64,000 nt of DNA from the NCBI GenBank assembly GCA_002412545.1, contig DHVG01000002.1:241872-305871 (forward strand). Reading direction: 5' to 3'. This document shows positions 8,977 through 18,501 of this stretch, in pieces (the first letter of the stretch is position 1; each line of letters opens with the position of its first letter). This stretch comes from Elusimicrobia bacterium UBA5214. GTDB lineage: Bacteria > Elusimicrobiota > UBA5214. Made by a program: the position numbers and the translations under genes. Below the pieces are notes generated by a model. It did not search any database and was not told the DNA's origin. It saw only the letters and a program-made list of their open reading frames with translations.

Positions 8977-10142
8977 CCAATCTTTCCTTTCAAAGCTTCG
9001 GTTGGTTTTAATCCGGAAATACGGCGACTTGGTAAATAACTTACAATGGTCACGGTGAGCATCACAATCAATACGGTGCCGGTAATCAGCCAGGCAGAAT
9101 ATACCGGGAACATTCTTACTTTGAGTGCGAATCCGTATTCTTCCATCGCCTGGGGCAAAGGGATACCGGTATTGGCAGTATAAATCAGAACCGGGGTCCC
9201 GTAAATTGCCGCTACTCCGATACCAAGAATACCGTTCAATGTTCCTTCAATGGTAAAAAGCAAGATTACTTTCAGTCGGGTCATTCCCAAAGCCATCAGC
9301 GTGCCGATTTCCTTCCGGCGTCTGAAGATAGAAAGGACCTGGGTATCAAAAATTGCCAGCATAATCAGGAAAAGCAAGACCAGATACATAATTGCACTCG
9401 CAGTCCGTTTAGATTTTACCACATCACTGACATCTTTTAAAAGAAAATCTTGGTTCCGGAATTGCCAATCAGAAAGGTCTTTCTCTCCTACTACCTCTTT
9501 ACCGACCACGATTATCGTCGCCTGATTAGTCAGACCGGTCATTTTCCGTAATCTCTCCAGCGGTAGCCATATTTGTCCGTTATCAATCGTCGGCACATTG
9601 GTATTCATTATTTCCACAATTTCACCTTCCACGGCATCAAAAGTGCCATAAGCATCTCTCCAGCGAATCGTCACTGAATCACCGAGTTTAAGCGAATTTT
9701 TTCTGGCCATAATTTTTCCGACCATAACCGGCAGGATATCTTTCCCTGAATCAAGTTTAGCCGTAGGAATATCCAGTATTTTCTGCCCGGGGTCAATCCC
9801 TTTGATTAATACCGACTGAACCCTGCCTTTAGAATAGAGATTAGCCTGCCGAATTAAGATTGGCAGAGCTTTCTTCTTCGCAATTAAAGGTTTTAATTCC
9901 TGGGGAACCGAACCATGCCCTTCATCTAAAGAAAGGACATCGTAAGGGTCATAATTCTTATGCCAGTATTGCCCGCCAGCAATTTCGTCTTTAATTACAT
10001 CTCTGGTCGCCTGACGGTACATCCCGCTGAAAAGACCCTGGTGCCAGATAATCAGGACATAGGTCAAGGAAAGGACACCGACATTAAGAACAGTGCGTAA
10101 TTTTGCCCCGATAAGGTTCCGATAAGCCAATTTCAATAACAT
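8973..10142 (-). CDS. ABC transporter permease, FtsX/MacB-like
   Basis: Same architecture as its neighbour. C-terminal block RRKEIGTLMALGMTR is typical of FtsX-family permeases. Confidence 0.85.
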   Translation of the reverse strand: MLLKLAYRNLIGAKLRTVLNVGVLSLTYVLIIWHQGLFSGMYRQATRDVIKDEIAGGQYWHKNYDPYDVLSLDEGHGSVPQELKPLIAKKKALPILIRQANLYSKGRVQSVLIKGIDPGQKILDIPTAKLDSGKDILPVMVGKIMARKNSLKLGDSVTIRWRDAYGTFDAVEGEIVEIMNTNVPTIDNGQIWLPLERLRKMTGLTNQATIIVVGKEVVGEKDLSDWQFRNQDFLLKDVSDVVKSKRTASAIMYLVLLFLIMLAIFDTQVLSIFRRRKEIGTLMALGMTRLKVILLFTIEGTLNGILGIGVAAIYGTPVLIYTANTGIPLPQAMEEYGFALKVRMFPVYSAWLITGTVLIVMLTVTIVSYLPSRRISGLKPTEALKGKIG

Positions 10143-10160
10143 TTTTCTCTCCTTGTGCTA

Positions 10161-10238
10161 CTAACCACTACCCACTCACCACTCACCACTAACCACCAAC
10201 CACTAACCACTCTCTACTGTCTACTGACTACTCACTAC
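10161..10238. repeat. Heptamer array (CTNACCA x7, then CTNNCTA x4), running into the last codons of the ABC ATPase
   Basis: Read directly. The reverse complement of the second half (AGTAGNG words) is the same word family found inside hypF. Confidence 0.8.
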
Positions 10239-10913
10239 TTCGTCTTTTACCACTTTCCCGTCCACCAGATGCACTTTCCGTTTGAGATAACGGATTACTT
10301 TATCATCATGAGTAGCGAAAATAAAAGTGGTCTTCAATTCCTTATTCAGGTTGACCATGGTATCAAGAATATGATAAGAGTTTTCGGCATCGAGGTTAGC
10401 GGTAGGTTCATCGGCAAGCACCAGTTCCGGTTGTTTAACGATTGCCCGGGCAACCGCTACTCGCTGACATTCACCACCGGAAAGTTGACTCGGTCGGGAA
10501 TTGATTTTATCGGTCAAGTGCACCCATTCCAGTGCGGCTAAGACTTTTTTCCTTATTTCTTCCTCGGACATTTTCAAAATCAGTAACGGGAATTCCACAT
10601 TTTCGTAGACGGTATAAACCGGCAAGAGATTATAGGTCTGGAAAATAAAACCCATATACTTGCTTCTCAGTTTTGCTGCCTGTTTCTCGGTAAGTTTTTC
10701 TACCGGCTCACCAAGCACAACTGCACTGCCTTCCGAAGGCGTATCCAGTGAACCGATAATATTCAGGAGTGTGGTTTTCCCGGAGCCGCTCGGACCGATA
10801 ATTCCCGAGAATTCACCTTTTTCAAAACCGAGATTAATATCTTTCAAGGCGGTAAAATTACCTCCGCCAATCGGGAAATGTTTAAATACTTTTTCTAATT
10901 TTACCAAAGGCAT
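10221..10913 (-). CDS. ABC transporter ATP-binding protein (LolD/MacB-type)
   Basis: Walker A GPSGSGKTT, signature LSGGECQR, Walker B LVLADEPT. Confidence 0.93.
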   Translation of the reverse strand: MPLVKLEKVFKHFPIGGGNFTALKDINLGFEKGEFSGIIGPSGSGKTTLLNIIGSLDTPSEGSAVVLGEPVEKLTEKQAAKLRSKYMGFIFQTYNLLPVYTVYENVEFPLLILKMSEEEIRKKVLAALEWVHLTDKINSRPSQLSGGECQRVAVARAIVKQPELVLADEPTANLDAENSYHILDTMVNLNKELKTTFIFATHDDKVIRYLKRKVHLVDGKVVKDEVVSSQ

Positions 10914-10934
10914 CGTTTCCTCCTAATTTCTGAG

Positions 10935-11090
10935 TAATTCCATAATCAAATTCCAAATTCCAAATAATTTTAAAATTCAAATGTTCTAAATTCCGAATTG
11001 TTTTGTTTATTTGAATTTTGATTATTGAAATTTGTTTGGTATTTGTGATTTGAAATTTGGTATTTGGGATTTATAACCATAATCATTATG
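10935..11090. repeat. ORF-less palindromic AATTCCA/TTTGGTA-word element (same family as the four-helix-bundle element flanks)
   Basis: The left half AAATTCCAAATAATTTTAAAATTCAAATGTTCTAAATTCCGAA is close to 26333-26385. The right half is its approximate complement (GAAATTTGGTATTTGGGATTT). Confidence 0.65.
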
Positions 11091-11106
11091 CCAAAAAAAT
11101 AGGTTA

Positions 11107-12225
11107 TTAGTGGTTATAAGTGACCGTCAATTGCATTCCTTTACCGCTGAATGTAGCCGAACTATCTTCCTGGTTGGAAAAACCAATCAGATTAATCTGC
11201 CAGTTATCGTATGTCCTCTGCCAGCCGAGATAGGCATAGATATTTTCATTCTTCCAATCATAATAACCAATTATATTAATACTGTCAATTACCCCGATTT
11301 TATAATCCAGAGATAAAGCGGAAAGTTTACTTATTTCGTCCATTTTATCTATTTTTTCTCCGCTTGAATGGAGAAAATGTTCAACTAAGAGATGTATCCC
11401 CGACTGAAAAGTATAATCCGCACCGAGAGTAAAAAAATGTCGCCATTCTTGTTGTGTGGTATCAATTTTCGTTTCTCCGAGCGCCGATTCAAACCAGAGA
11501 CCGATTCCGATATCGGCGAAACCGTCCAGAGCGTAACGGTTTTCCTGCCCGTTTTTCAGCGTAGAACTCATTTTCTTATTCCAATCTTCAGTATCAAGAT
11601 ATCTTTGATGGTAACTAAATGCCAGTTCACTTTTATAGAGAGGAAAAGGTATTTGCACTCGCCCGCCGAATTCAGCCCGGTTCTTATCGGCTTTCACTAA
11701 TTCCAGTCCTTTGAGTTTATCGTTCCCGGATAATCCCCAGAACCAGAGATTAGTATTATTCAAGAAATAATAACGCAACAGTAAACCATATACGCCCTCG
11801 GTCAATTTGAACGGGTCCTGCGGGTCAAGCTGGTCAAACCACATCAGGGAACGGATAATTTTTGCCGGACCAAAATTTATTTTCTGTAAACCGAGCCGGG
11901 TTTCAAACTGGGGAACCGAGTAACGCAGCCAGAGACGGTAGAGTTTAATCTCGCTATTATCCTCAATCTCGGCTAAAGAATTAAGTGGAAAGGAAGTATA
12001 AGAATTAACTGCGAGTTCCAGGTCAAGGTTTTTTTTCTCGCTGATTTTTTTTACTGCTCGCAGTTCAGGGAGATAACGGAAACCGATTTTTGTCTTATCC
12101 GCTCCGGAATTACGGTAATTCAGCCATCCGGATAACTGTCCCTGGAAGGAGAAAGGTTGAGCGAAGATTGTATCCGCAAGAAAAAAAGGGGGAATAAGCA
12201 AAAAAACTTTCACCATTTTGTTCAT
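11107..12225 (-). CDS. Putative outer-membrane beta-barrel protein
   Basis: Signal peptide ending in AQ. Alternating aromatic/hydrophilic strand pattern throughout. It is the first gene of the ABC/LolA-like cluster. The function is not recognised. Confidence 0.5.
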   Translation of the reverse strand: MNKMVKVFLLIPPFFLADTIFAQPFSFQGQLSGWLNYRNSGADKTKIGFRYLPELRAVKKISEKKNLDLELAVNSYTSFPLNSLAEIEDNSEIKLYRLWLRYSVPQFETRLGLQKINFGPAKIIRSLMWFDQLDPQDPFKLTEGVYGLLLRYYFLNNTNLWFWGLSGNDKLKGLELVKADKNRAEFGGRVQIPFPLYKSELAFSYHQRYLDTEDWNKKMSSTLKNGQENRYALDGFADIGIGLWFESALGETKIDTTQQEWRHFFTLGADYTFQSGIHLLVEHFLHSSGEKIDKMDEISKLSALSLDYKIGVIDSINIIGYYDWKNENIYAYLGWQRTYDNWQINLIGFSNQEDSSATFSGKGMQLTVTYNH

Positions 12226-12320
12226 CAGCTTATGAAAAACAGAGAAGTTTTTCTGCTTTAAGTATACTATTTGTTTATTGTTTTGACAAGATGTGTTCTA
12301 AGATTAGAGAATGGATTATA

Positions 12321-13040
12321 TCAATAAATTGAGGGTAAATAGGATACCGGAGCTAACCCTTTTTGCGTTTCTTTATCCAGTAGTCCGTAATAAATATCCA
12401 TCAGGTGTTTAGGTTTGTATTCGCCGGATACTACCTTTTTTATTCTTTTAGTCCTCTCGGCATTTGCTGCTGGTTTGGTAAGAATATTGAAATTATTCGG
12501 AGCGATAATCATTGCCACTATTGAGAGGTATTCGTTTTCGGTTAATCGGCGAAATTTTTTGTGATAATAGAGTTCAGCGGCATTTTCCAAACCATAAACT
12601 TGTTTATCTCTCGCTTTTCCTAAATAAACATTATTGATAAATAATTTGAGTTGGTCATTTTTTGATACCAGTGGGTCAAGTGCAAAACGGGCGATTAATG
12701 TTTGTTTCAATTTTGCAAAAAAACCAGGTTTAAATTTATCAAAATAATATATTTTTACCAATGCCTGGGTTATAGTAGTTATCCCTGCTCCCGGTGTTTT
12801 CAGGTCAACCCCTTGATGTTTATAGAAATTTGGGTCTTCAACTGCAAGTAAAGCATTTAATTGCCACTGGCTGAGATTCTCAACTTTAAGGGTAATATTT
12901 TCTTTATTTAGCGCTTTCTTGATTATCGCCGGTGTCTCAGTCCGAGCTTTAACTACAATTACTATGTAGTAACCGGATATTAATAAGACAATTCCAATAA
13001 AAATTAAAAACATTTTACTAATTACTGCTAATATTTTCAT
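12321..13040 (-). CDS. Monofunctional peptidoglycan glycosyltransferase (GT51) domain protein
   Basis: N-terminal TM anchor, then GT51 motifs AVEDPNFYKHQGVD and GAGITTITQALVK. Confidence 0.8.
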   Translation of the reverse strand: MKILAVISKMFLIFIGIVLLISGYYIVIVVKARTETPAIIKKALNKENITLKVENLSQWQLNALLAVEDPNFYKHQGVDLKTPGAGITTITQALVKIYYFDKFKPGFFAKLKQTLIARFALDPLVSKNDQLKLFINNVYLGKARDKQVYGLENAAELYYHKKFRRLTENEYLSIVAMIIAPNNFNILTKPAANAERTKRIKKVVSGEYKPKHLMDIYYGLLDKETQKGLAPVSYLPSIY

Positions 13041-13116
13041 TTAATTTTTTTAGATAAATAAAAACGTCCGCATTTATTCTTCCAAGTTTCAGTTAAAATT
13101 ACTTTACATTTTTTTC

Positions 13117-13144
13117 TTGACTTTTAGAAATTAATTACTATAAT
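13117..13144 (+). promoter_or_regulatory. Sigma70-like promoter upstream of the methyltransferase
   Basis: TTGACT - 16 nt - TATAAT, about 30 nt upstream of ATG 13176. Confidence 0.5.
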
Positions 13145-13175
13145 ATAGTAAAAGACAACCAAATTGTAGATTATT

Positions 13176-15905
13176 ATGAATCAATTATTTAAAACTGTAT
13201 CTTTCCCCAAGGAAAAAAGCGAAACAAATAAAACTGAAATTGTTCGCCTAGCTTTCAACAAATCGACAGATTTAGATCTTTACAATATTCTTAATCCTCT
13301 TAGAAGCTCGGATATTAGGGCCCTCCTACCAGATACAAGCTTCAAGAAGTTAACCGAACAAGCGGAACTGGAACGACGTTCATTAAATCAATTGTGCTTG
13401 TTTTTGCTTTCAAAGAAAATAGAAGAAATCAAAAAATCATACGGCGAAAATGTATCTATCCCCCATATTCTAAGTAAAAATTTAGTATATACGGATATTA
13501 ATAAAAAATCAGCAACATTTCAAGACAATAAGATTAACAAAATTCATCGGTGGTATCCATACATTGAAGGTTTTTCATGCACATTTGTCCATGAAATAAT
13601 AGACAATCTACCTTACAAACCAAAATTAATATACGATCCTCTCGCCGGAACTGGTACTACTCAACTTGCCGCAAGTCATAAAAATATTCCTTCCGCATAT
13701 TCTGAAATAAATCCTTTTATGAGCTTCATTGGAGAGTGCAAAGTAAATAAAGTTATACACTTTATCAATGATTTCTACGTGAATCATAGAATGATTGAAA
13801 ATTTCATTAATTTTTTACCAAAGAAATTTAGAAAGCCAACTTCAAATTATATCCAATATGATCAATATTTGGAAAGATTAGGCACGTCAGCATATTTTGA
13901 AAAAGAAGTACTTGAAAGTTTATTAAAAATAAAATCTCTAATAAAAGATTTTTTCGAACCGAAATCTATATTAAAAGATTTTTGTTTATTTGCGTTATCT
14001 ACAATTATAGTTACTGTTTCAAATACAATTAGAAGGGCTGATTTACGGTATAAAAGAAAAGGTGAGAGAAAATATTCCGTAAATGATACTTTACCTTTAT
14101 TCATAAACAAATTGCAAGAAATCTTGTCTGATATTGATTCCATAAAAAATTTATCTTTGTGTGAAACCACACTTGTTTCTAATGATGCGAAAAACATACC
14201 AAAAAATCATGATAAGAAATTTGACTTAGTTATTACATCACCTCCATATGTAAATGGAACTAATTATTTTCGTAACACAAAACTCGAATTAGTTTTGCTA
14301 GATTTCGTTCATAATGTTCAAGAAATTAACTCATTAAAAAAAGAGTCTGTATCTTCGGGAATTAGTAATGTCATTTTGAAAAATAAGGTAAACAACATCA
14401 GAATTCCAGAACTTGAACCAATCGTTAATGAACTTACAAAGTGTGCATACGATAAAAGGATACCAGTTTTGATAGAAAGCTACTTCAGTGATATGCATAA
14501 AGTTTTATCAAATATATCTGAATATTTAGAATCGGAATCGCATTTTTATCTTGATATTGGAGACTCCCAATTTGCAGGTGTCCACATTCCAACAGATAAA
14601 ATATTAGTAACTATAGCTGAACGAAATAATTTTGAATTGATTGATACCAAATTTATTAGAGAGCGTTTTTCAAAAAATGGCATGCCTTTAAAACAAGTGC
14701 TATTATTATTTAAAAAAACCAGGAGTGCTAAAAAGATCTTATTTGGACACGTCGCCACGTGTAATACTGCAAAAGACCTTCTTTTGAAAAATTATCAATT
14801 TTTTAAAGAAACACTCCCGTATAAAGAACCTCCTTATAATAGTCGCAATTGGGGTCATGCTTTACACAATCTTTGTTCATATCAAGGGAAGATAAAACCT
14901 TCATTAGCTCATTTTTTAGTTAAGCTTTTTAGCAAGGAGGGCATGAGGGTTTTAGATCCTCTCTGTGGTGTCGGAACAATACCTCTAGAAGCATGCTTGC
15001 AAGGGCGCATTGGTCTAGGAAATGATCTAAGTTTATTAGCATATGTGAATACTTTTACTAAAGTCGGCAAACCCAATAGTAACAAAACCTACGACGAACT
15101 AGATAAATTAGATAAATATATTGAAAAATACTTGGTTTCTAAAGAAGAGGCGGAAAAAATACATTTTGGATATAATAGAAATATCACGGAGTATTATCAC
15201 GTAGACACTCTTAGAGAAATCATAACGGCCAGGAATTATTTTAAACAAATTGATTCATATGATTGTGAAAAGTCGCTATTGCTTTCTGCTATTTTACATA
15301 TTTTGCACGGGAATAGACCATATGCTCTTTCAAGAAGGTCGCATAATGTAACTCCTTTAGCACCTAATGGACCCTATAAATACAAATCATTAATTGAAAA
15401 AACAAGGATAAAAATAGAAAAAACATTAAAATTAGATCGTTATGATAATTTTAAGTTTGGAATGGTTTTTAACGAAGATTTTAGGAATTTAGACAATTAC
15501 ATTGAACCTAATTCTATTGATTTGATAGCCACATCCCCTCCTTTTTTTGATTCAACGCGTTTTTATATGAGTAACTGGATCAGAATGTGGTTTTGTGGTT
15601 GGGATAAAGAAGATTTTGATATAAAGAAAGAATACTACTTAGAAACACAACAAGTAAAAAATATAAAAGTCTATAATCAATTCTTTATAATATGTAAAGA
15701 CTTGCTAAAAAAAGACGGGAGTCTTGTTATGCATCTTGGAAAATCAGAAAAGCACAATATGGGTAAAACGTTAAGTGAAATTGCTGTCAATAATGGTTTT
15801 GAAGTCTTTGGACTTTTTGACGAAAATGTCTTACATTGTGAAAAGTTTGGTATAAAAGATCAAGGTAGTACAAAAGCCCATCAATTTCTTTTCCTTCTTA
15901 AGTAA
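13176..15905 (+). CDS. Tandem-duplicated DNA methyltransferase (two N6-A/N4-C type modules in one polypeptide)
   Basis: Module 1 has the AdoMet motif DPLAGTGTT (nt ~13634-13660) and the catalytic motif ITSPPYVNG (~14230-14258). Module 2 has LDPLCGVGTIP (~14951-14983) and ATSPPFFDS (~15529-15555). The order and spacing are the same in both halves. Confidence 0.8.
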   Translation: MNQLFKTVSFPKEKSETNKTEIVRLAFNKSTDLDLYNILNPLRSSDIRALLPDTSFKKLTEQAELERRSLNQLCLFLLSKKIEEIKKSYGENVSIPHILSKNLVYTDINKKSATFQDNKINKIHRWYPYIEGFSCTFVHEIIDNLPYKPKLIYDPLAGTGTTQLAASHKNIPSAYSEINPFMSFIGECKVNKVIHFINDFYVNHRMIENFINFLPKKFRKPTSNYIQYDQYLERLGTSAYFEKEVLESLLKIKSLIKDFFEPKSILKDFCLFALSTIIVTVSNTIRRADLRYKRKGERKYSVNDTLPLFINKLQEILSDIDSIKNLSLCETTLVSNDAKNIPKNHDKKFDLVITSPPYVNGTNYFRNTKLELVLLDFVHNVQEINSLKKESVSSGISNVILKNKVNNIRIPELEPIVNELTKCAYDKRIPVLIESYFSDMHKVLSNISEYLESESHFYLDIGDSQFAGVHIPTDKILVTIAERNNFELIDTKFIRERFSKNGMPLKQVLLLFKKTRSAKKILFGHVATCNTAKDLLLKNYQFFKETLPYKEPPYNSRNWGHALHNLCSYQGKIKPSLAHFLVKLFSKEGMRVLDPLCGVGTIPLEACLQGRIGLGNDLSLLAYVNTFTKVGKPNSNKTYDELDKLDKYIEKYLVSKEEAEKIHFGYNRNITEYYHVDTLREIITARNYFKQIDSYDCEKSLLLSAILHILHGNRPYALSRRSHNVTPLAPNGPYKYKSLIEKTRIKIEKTLKLDRYDNFKFGMVFNEDFRNLDNYIEPNSIDLIATSPPFFDSTRFYMSNWIRMWFCGWDKEDFDIKKEYYLETQQVKNIKVYNQFFIICKDLLKKDGSLVMHLGKSEKHNMGKTLSEIAVNNGFEVFGLFDENVLHCEKFGIKDQGSTKAHQFLFLLK

Positions 15906-15923
15906 CAAATACTGTCTTTTTAT

Positions 15924-16913
15924 TCATACATAACCTAATAGTTTTTTATTTTTTAAAGACAATTTATCAATTAACGCATAATCTTTAATCAATTTCTTCA
16001 ACTCCTTAATTCGTTTATTCAAATTTGATCGTTCACGTACCTGTAGATACCTAGTTACACACCTATCAACATTGACATTTGAGTTAACTGTAGGATCTTT
16101 CCGAGATAATAACGCTAAATCAGCACCTGTTATTCTTGCCAATCTTATTAATTCATTGTTAGTATAAAAATGACTGGGCCATTTATTTCTCTTGTTATTG
16201 TTTGCTTTTTTTGAAAGCAATGCTGCATTTTCTTTTGATAAAGGATATAACCAACTTGATGGTAATATGTGGTCTATTTCCCATGAGTCGCGATCATTTT
16301 TATTTAGCTTTTTGGCTGTCTTAAAACACGTGCTATTAAACCTTCTAAATAAATCATCTATAAAGTTTTTGTCTACTGCTTGATTTTCACTCTCAAGCAA
16401 CAAATCTCCCACTCTTCTTTTAATATTCGACTCATATAATTGTTGTTTTGTCCTTTTTGGATTCAAGTATGCATTAATAGCCCCTTTGCAGCTTCTACAT
16501 TCCATTTGTTTTTCCAATGGTCCCCATCCTGTATGTCTGTCAAAAGCATTTGATGGTAAAATTCGTCCACACGCATTACATTGCTTCCAATAAGATTCTT
16601 TGTTTTCTGTTATAATTCTAAAAAAAGCTTGCCAGAACCTTCGACATTTAATTGAAGTTGGGTCAGTAAATTCAGAAGGCCACTCACTAAATGGCAAAGG
16701 TGAGTCTTTACTATGTAAGTAATTACATTCTTTACATTTCCAAGCCGCAGTAGAGTATGCATCGTTGGGATTCAACAAAGTATCTCCTATAGAAAATAAA
16801 TTCAAAGCATCACAACAGATGCAAATATAACCAACCCATGCATTATGTACTTTCTTTCCAATTCCTTTGATTCTTGGTAGTCCCGTTCTATGTTTTGTTT
16901 TTCTCCTACTCAT
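15924..16913 (-). CDS. HNH endonuclease with multiple CxxC zinc-finger motifs (candidate restriction partner)
   Basis: CxxC pairs (CICC, CKEC, CNAC, CRSC) in the N-terminal half. HNH core WEIDHILPSSW...NNNKRNKWP. Convergent with the methyltransferase, with an 18-nt gap. Confidence 0.7.
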   Translation of the reverse strand: MSRRKTKHRTGLPRIKGIGKKVHNAWVGYICICCDALNLFSIGDTLLNPNDAYSTAAWKCKECNYLHSKDSPLPFSEWPSEFTDPTSIKCRRFWQAFFRIITENKESYWKQCNACGRILPSNAFDRHTGWGPLEKQMECRSCKGAINAYLNPKRTKQQLYESNIKRRVGDLLLESENQAVDKNFIDDLFRRFNSTCFKTAKKLNKNDRDSWEIDHILPSSWLYPLSKENAALLSKKANNNKRNKWPSHFYTNNELIRLARITGADLALLSRKDPTVNSNVNVDRCVTRYLQVRERSNLNKRIKELKKLIKDYALIDKLSLKNKKLLGYV

Positions 16914-17184
16914 TTCTATTTAATTTTTACCTTGATAATAGATTGTTATTACTATATTTACGAACAATACATTGTACATTATACAAAAATGCCTGGCAAA
17001 TTCCTACTAAGAAAGCAGAGAGTCATACCTTCTCTGAAAATTGACAATTTTATCTCTGATTTGTCCATTGTATAAGTATACCGAAATTTAGTAAAAATTA
17101 TGAACTTTTCAACGGATACTATTTATATAAAAGCAGAATTGTGACCTTCTAATTTTGGAGACAAGATAAGAACCATCTACTCCA

Positions 17185-17352
17185 TCATTTTGAGTATTTC
17201 TTTTCCTCAAGTTCTTTTTCCTTTTTCCTCTCCTTAAGAATCGCCTTAGTTAATTTTCCTTTTGTCTTCAAGATTCCGGCAATCTTTTCAAAATGTTCAT
17301 CGGCAGATGACTGAAAAACAATGCGGTGATGTTTGCGAATTTTAGCAGGCAT
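17185..17352 (-). CDS. Small Lys-rich hypothetical protein (55 aa) downstream of fic
   Basis: ORF below the track cutoff: MPAKIRKHHRIVFQSSADEHFEKIAGILKTKGKLTKAILKERKKEKELEEKKYSK. AAGGA lies ~10 nt upstream and the ORF starts 41 nt after the fic stop. No recognisable family. Confidence 0.3.
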   Translation of the reverse strand: MPAKIRKHHRIVFQSSADEHFEKIAGILKTKGKLTKAILKERKKEKELEEKKYSK

Positions 17353-17393
17353 TGTGATTCATCCTTTCAGCATTTATATTCCTATTCCTTGTT

Positions 17394-18416
17394 TTATCTT
17401 GCAAGTCCAAATTTACCGGTCTTTCTGCCCCCGTATCTTTTAACAATTTTTCCTTTGATTAAAGGATTGAGAAGAAAATGTGCTCCTTGAACGGTTACTT
17501 TTAACACTGACGATATCTCTTTTGCAGTTAGGTTTCCGGACTCGCGCAAAAGTAACAGTAATTTTTCCTGTTTAGGGGTTAAAGATAGTTGCTCAAGTCC
17601 TTTTGTTTTAGGTAAAGAGATAATCCTTTTCCAGGCACGCTCAAGCGAATCGGCAATTATTTCTAAATAAAACTCAAGCCATTGGGTTAAGTTACCTTTT
17701 TCTTCACGGACAGTATTTAAAGCCGAATAGTAACTGTGTCTGTGTTCATAGATGATGTCATCAATAGCAAATATATGCAGGGTGTCAAATTTACGTCTTA
17801 ACAATTCCCAAGTTCCCAGTGTCCGAGCAACTCTCCCGTTACCGTCAACGAAGGGGTGAATTGCGACAAATTGATAATGGGTAATTCCTGATGAAATTAC
17901 CGGTAAATATCTCGCTGATTCATTGTTTATCCATTCCAAAAATTCATTCATCAGTCCGGGAACGTTTTCTGGTGGTGGCGGGGTATAAATTACTCTGCCT
18001 ATTCCATCTACGATATAGTTCTGGATAGTCCGGTAAGTTCCCACGGGTTCGTGTTCAACCGCTCCTTCTCCGATTATTTTATGGAGTCGGCAGATGTCTT
18101 CGTTAGTCAAAAATTCTTTATCCGCATACTTCTGGATATAGCGGAGGACTGCAAGGTAGTTAACTACTGCTCTTTCGGTCATATTCAGTTTTTTGGTAAT
18201 TCTTTTTTCTGAAGCAAGGGCTCTAACTTCGGGTAAACTTAAAATAAACCCTTCAATAGCAGTTGACCCCATTGCATTTCTTATTGCTGTCTCTTTTTGT
18301 AATGTTGGTTTCCAGGCAACCTGAATCGGTGCACTGATGATTCGCTGACGCAGAGAACTTATTTCGTCAATGAGTTTGGTTAAATGTAAGGATATGGAAA
18401 ATTTTGGTTCTAACAT
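17394..18416 (-). CDS. Fic family protein (AMPylase-type) with C-terminal winged-helix domain
   Basis: Fic motif HPFVDGNGRVAR. N-terminal autoinhibitory-type motif STAIEG ([S/T]xxxE[G/N]). C-terminal LTPKQEKLLLLLRESGNLTAKEIS resembles a wHTH. Confidence 0.88.
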   Translation of the reverse strand: MLEPKFSISLHLTKLIDEISSLRQRIISAPIQVAWKPTLQKETAIRNAMGSTAIEGFILSLPEVRALASEKRITKKLNMTERAVVNYLAVLRYIQKYADKEFLTNEDICRLHKIIGEGAVEHEPVGTYRTIQNYIVDGIGRVIYTPPPPENVPGLMNEFLEWINNESARYLPVISSGITHYQFVAIHPFVDGNGRVARTLGTWELLRRKFDTLHIFAIDDIIYEHRHSYYSALNTVREEKGNLTQWLEFYLEIIADSLERAWKRIISLPKTKGLEQLSLTPKQEKLLLLLRESGNLTAKEISSVLKVTVQGAHFLLNPLIKGKIVKRYGGRKTGKFGLAR

Positions 18417-18501
18417 ATAAGTATCTCCACTACTTATATTAAAGCATATTTAAAGTAATATTTCAAGTGGTTAGTTACAAAAAAATTGGTTTCTTCTGGA
18501 T

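Noticed and set aside
10155-10541. 128-aa ORF starting MLLTTTHSPLTTNHQPLTT
   Set aside because: Its N-terminus is a translation of the CTNACCA heptamer array and the remainder is antisense to the ABC ATPase.
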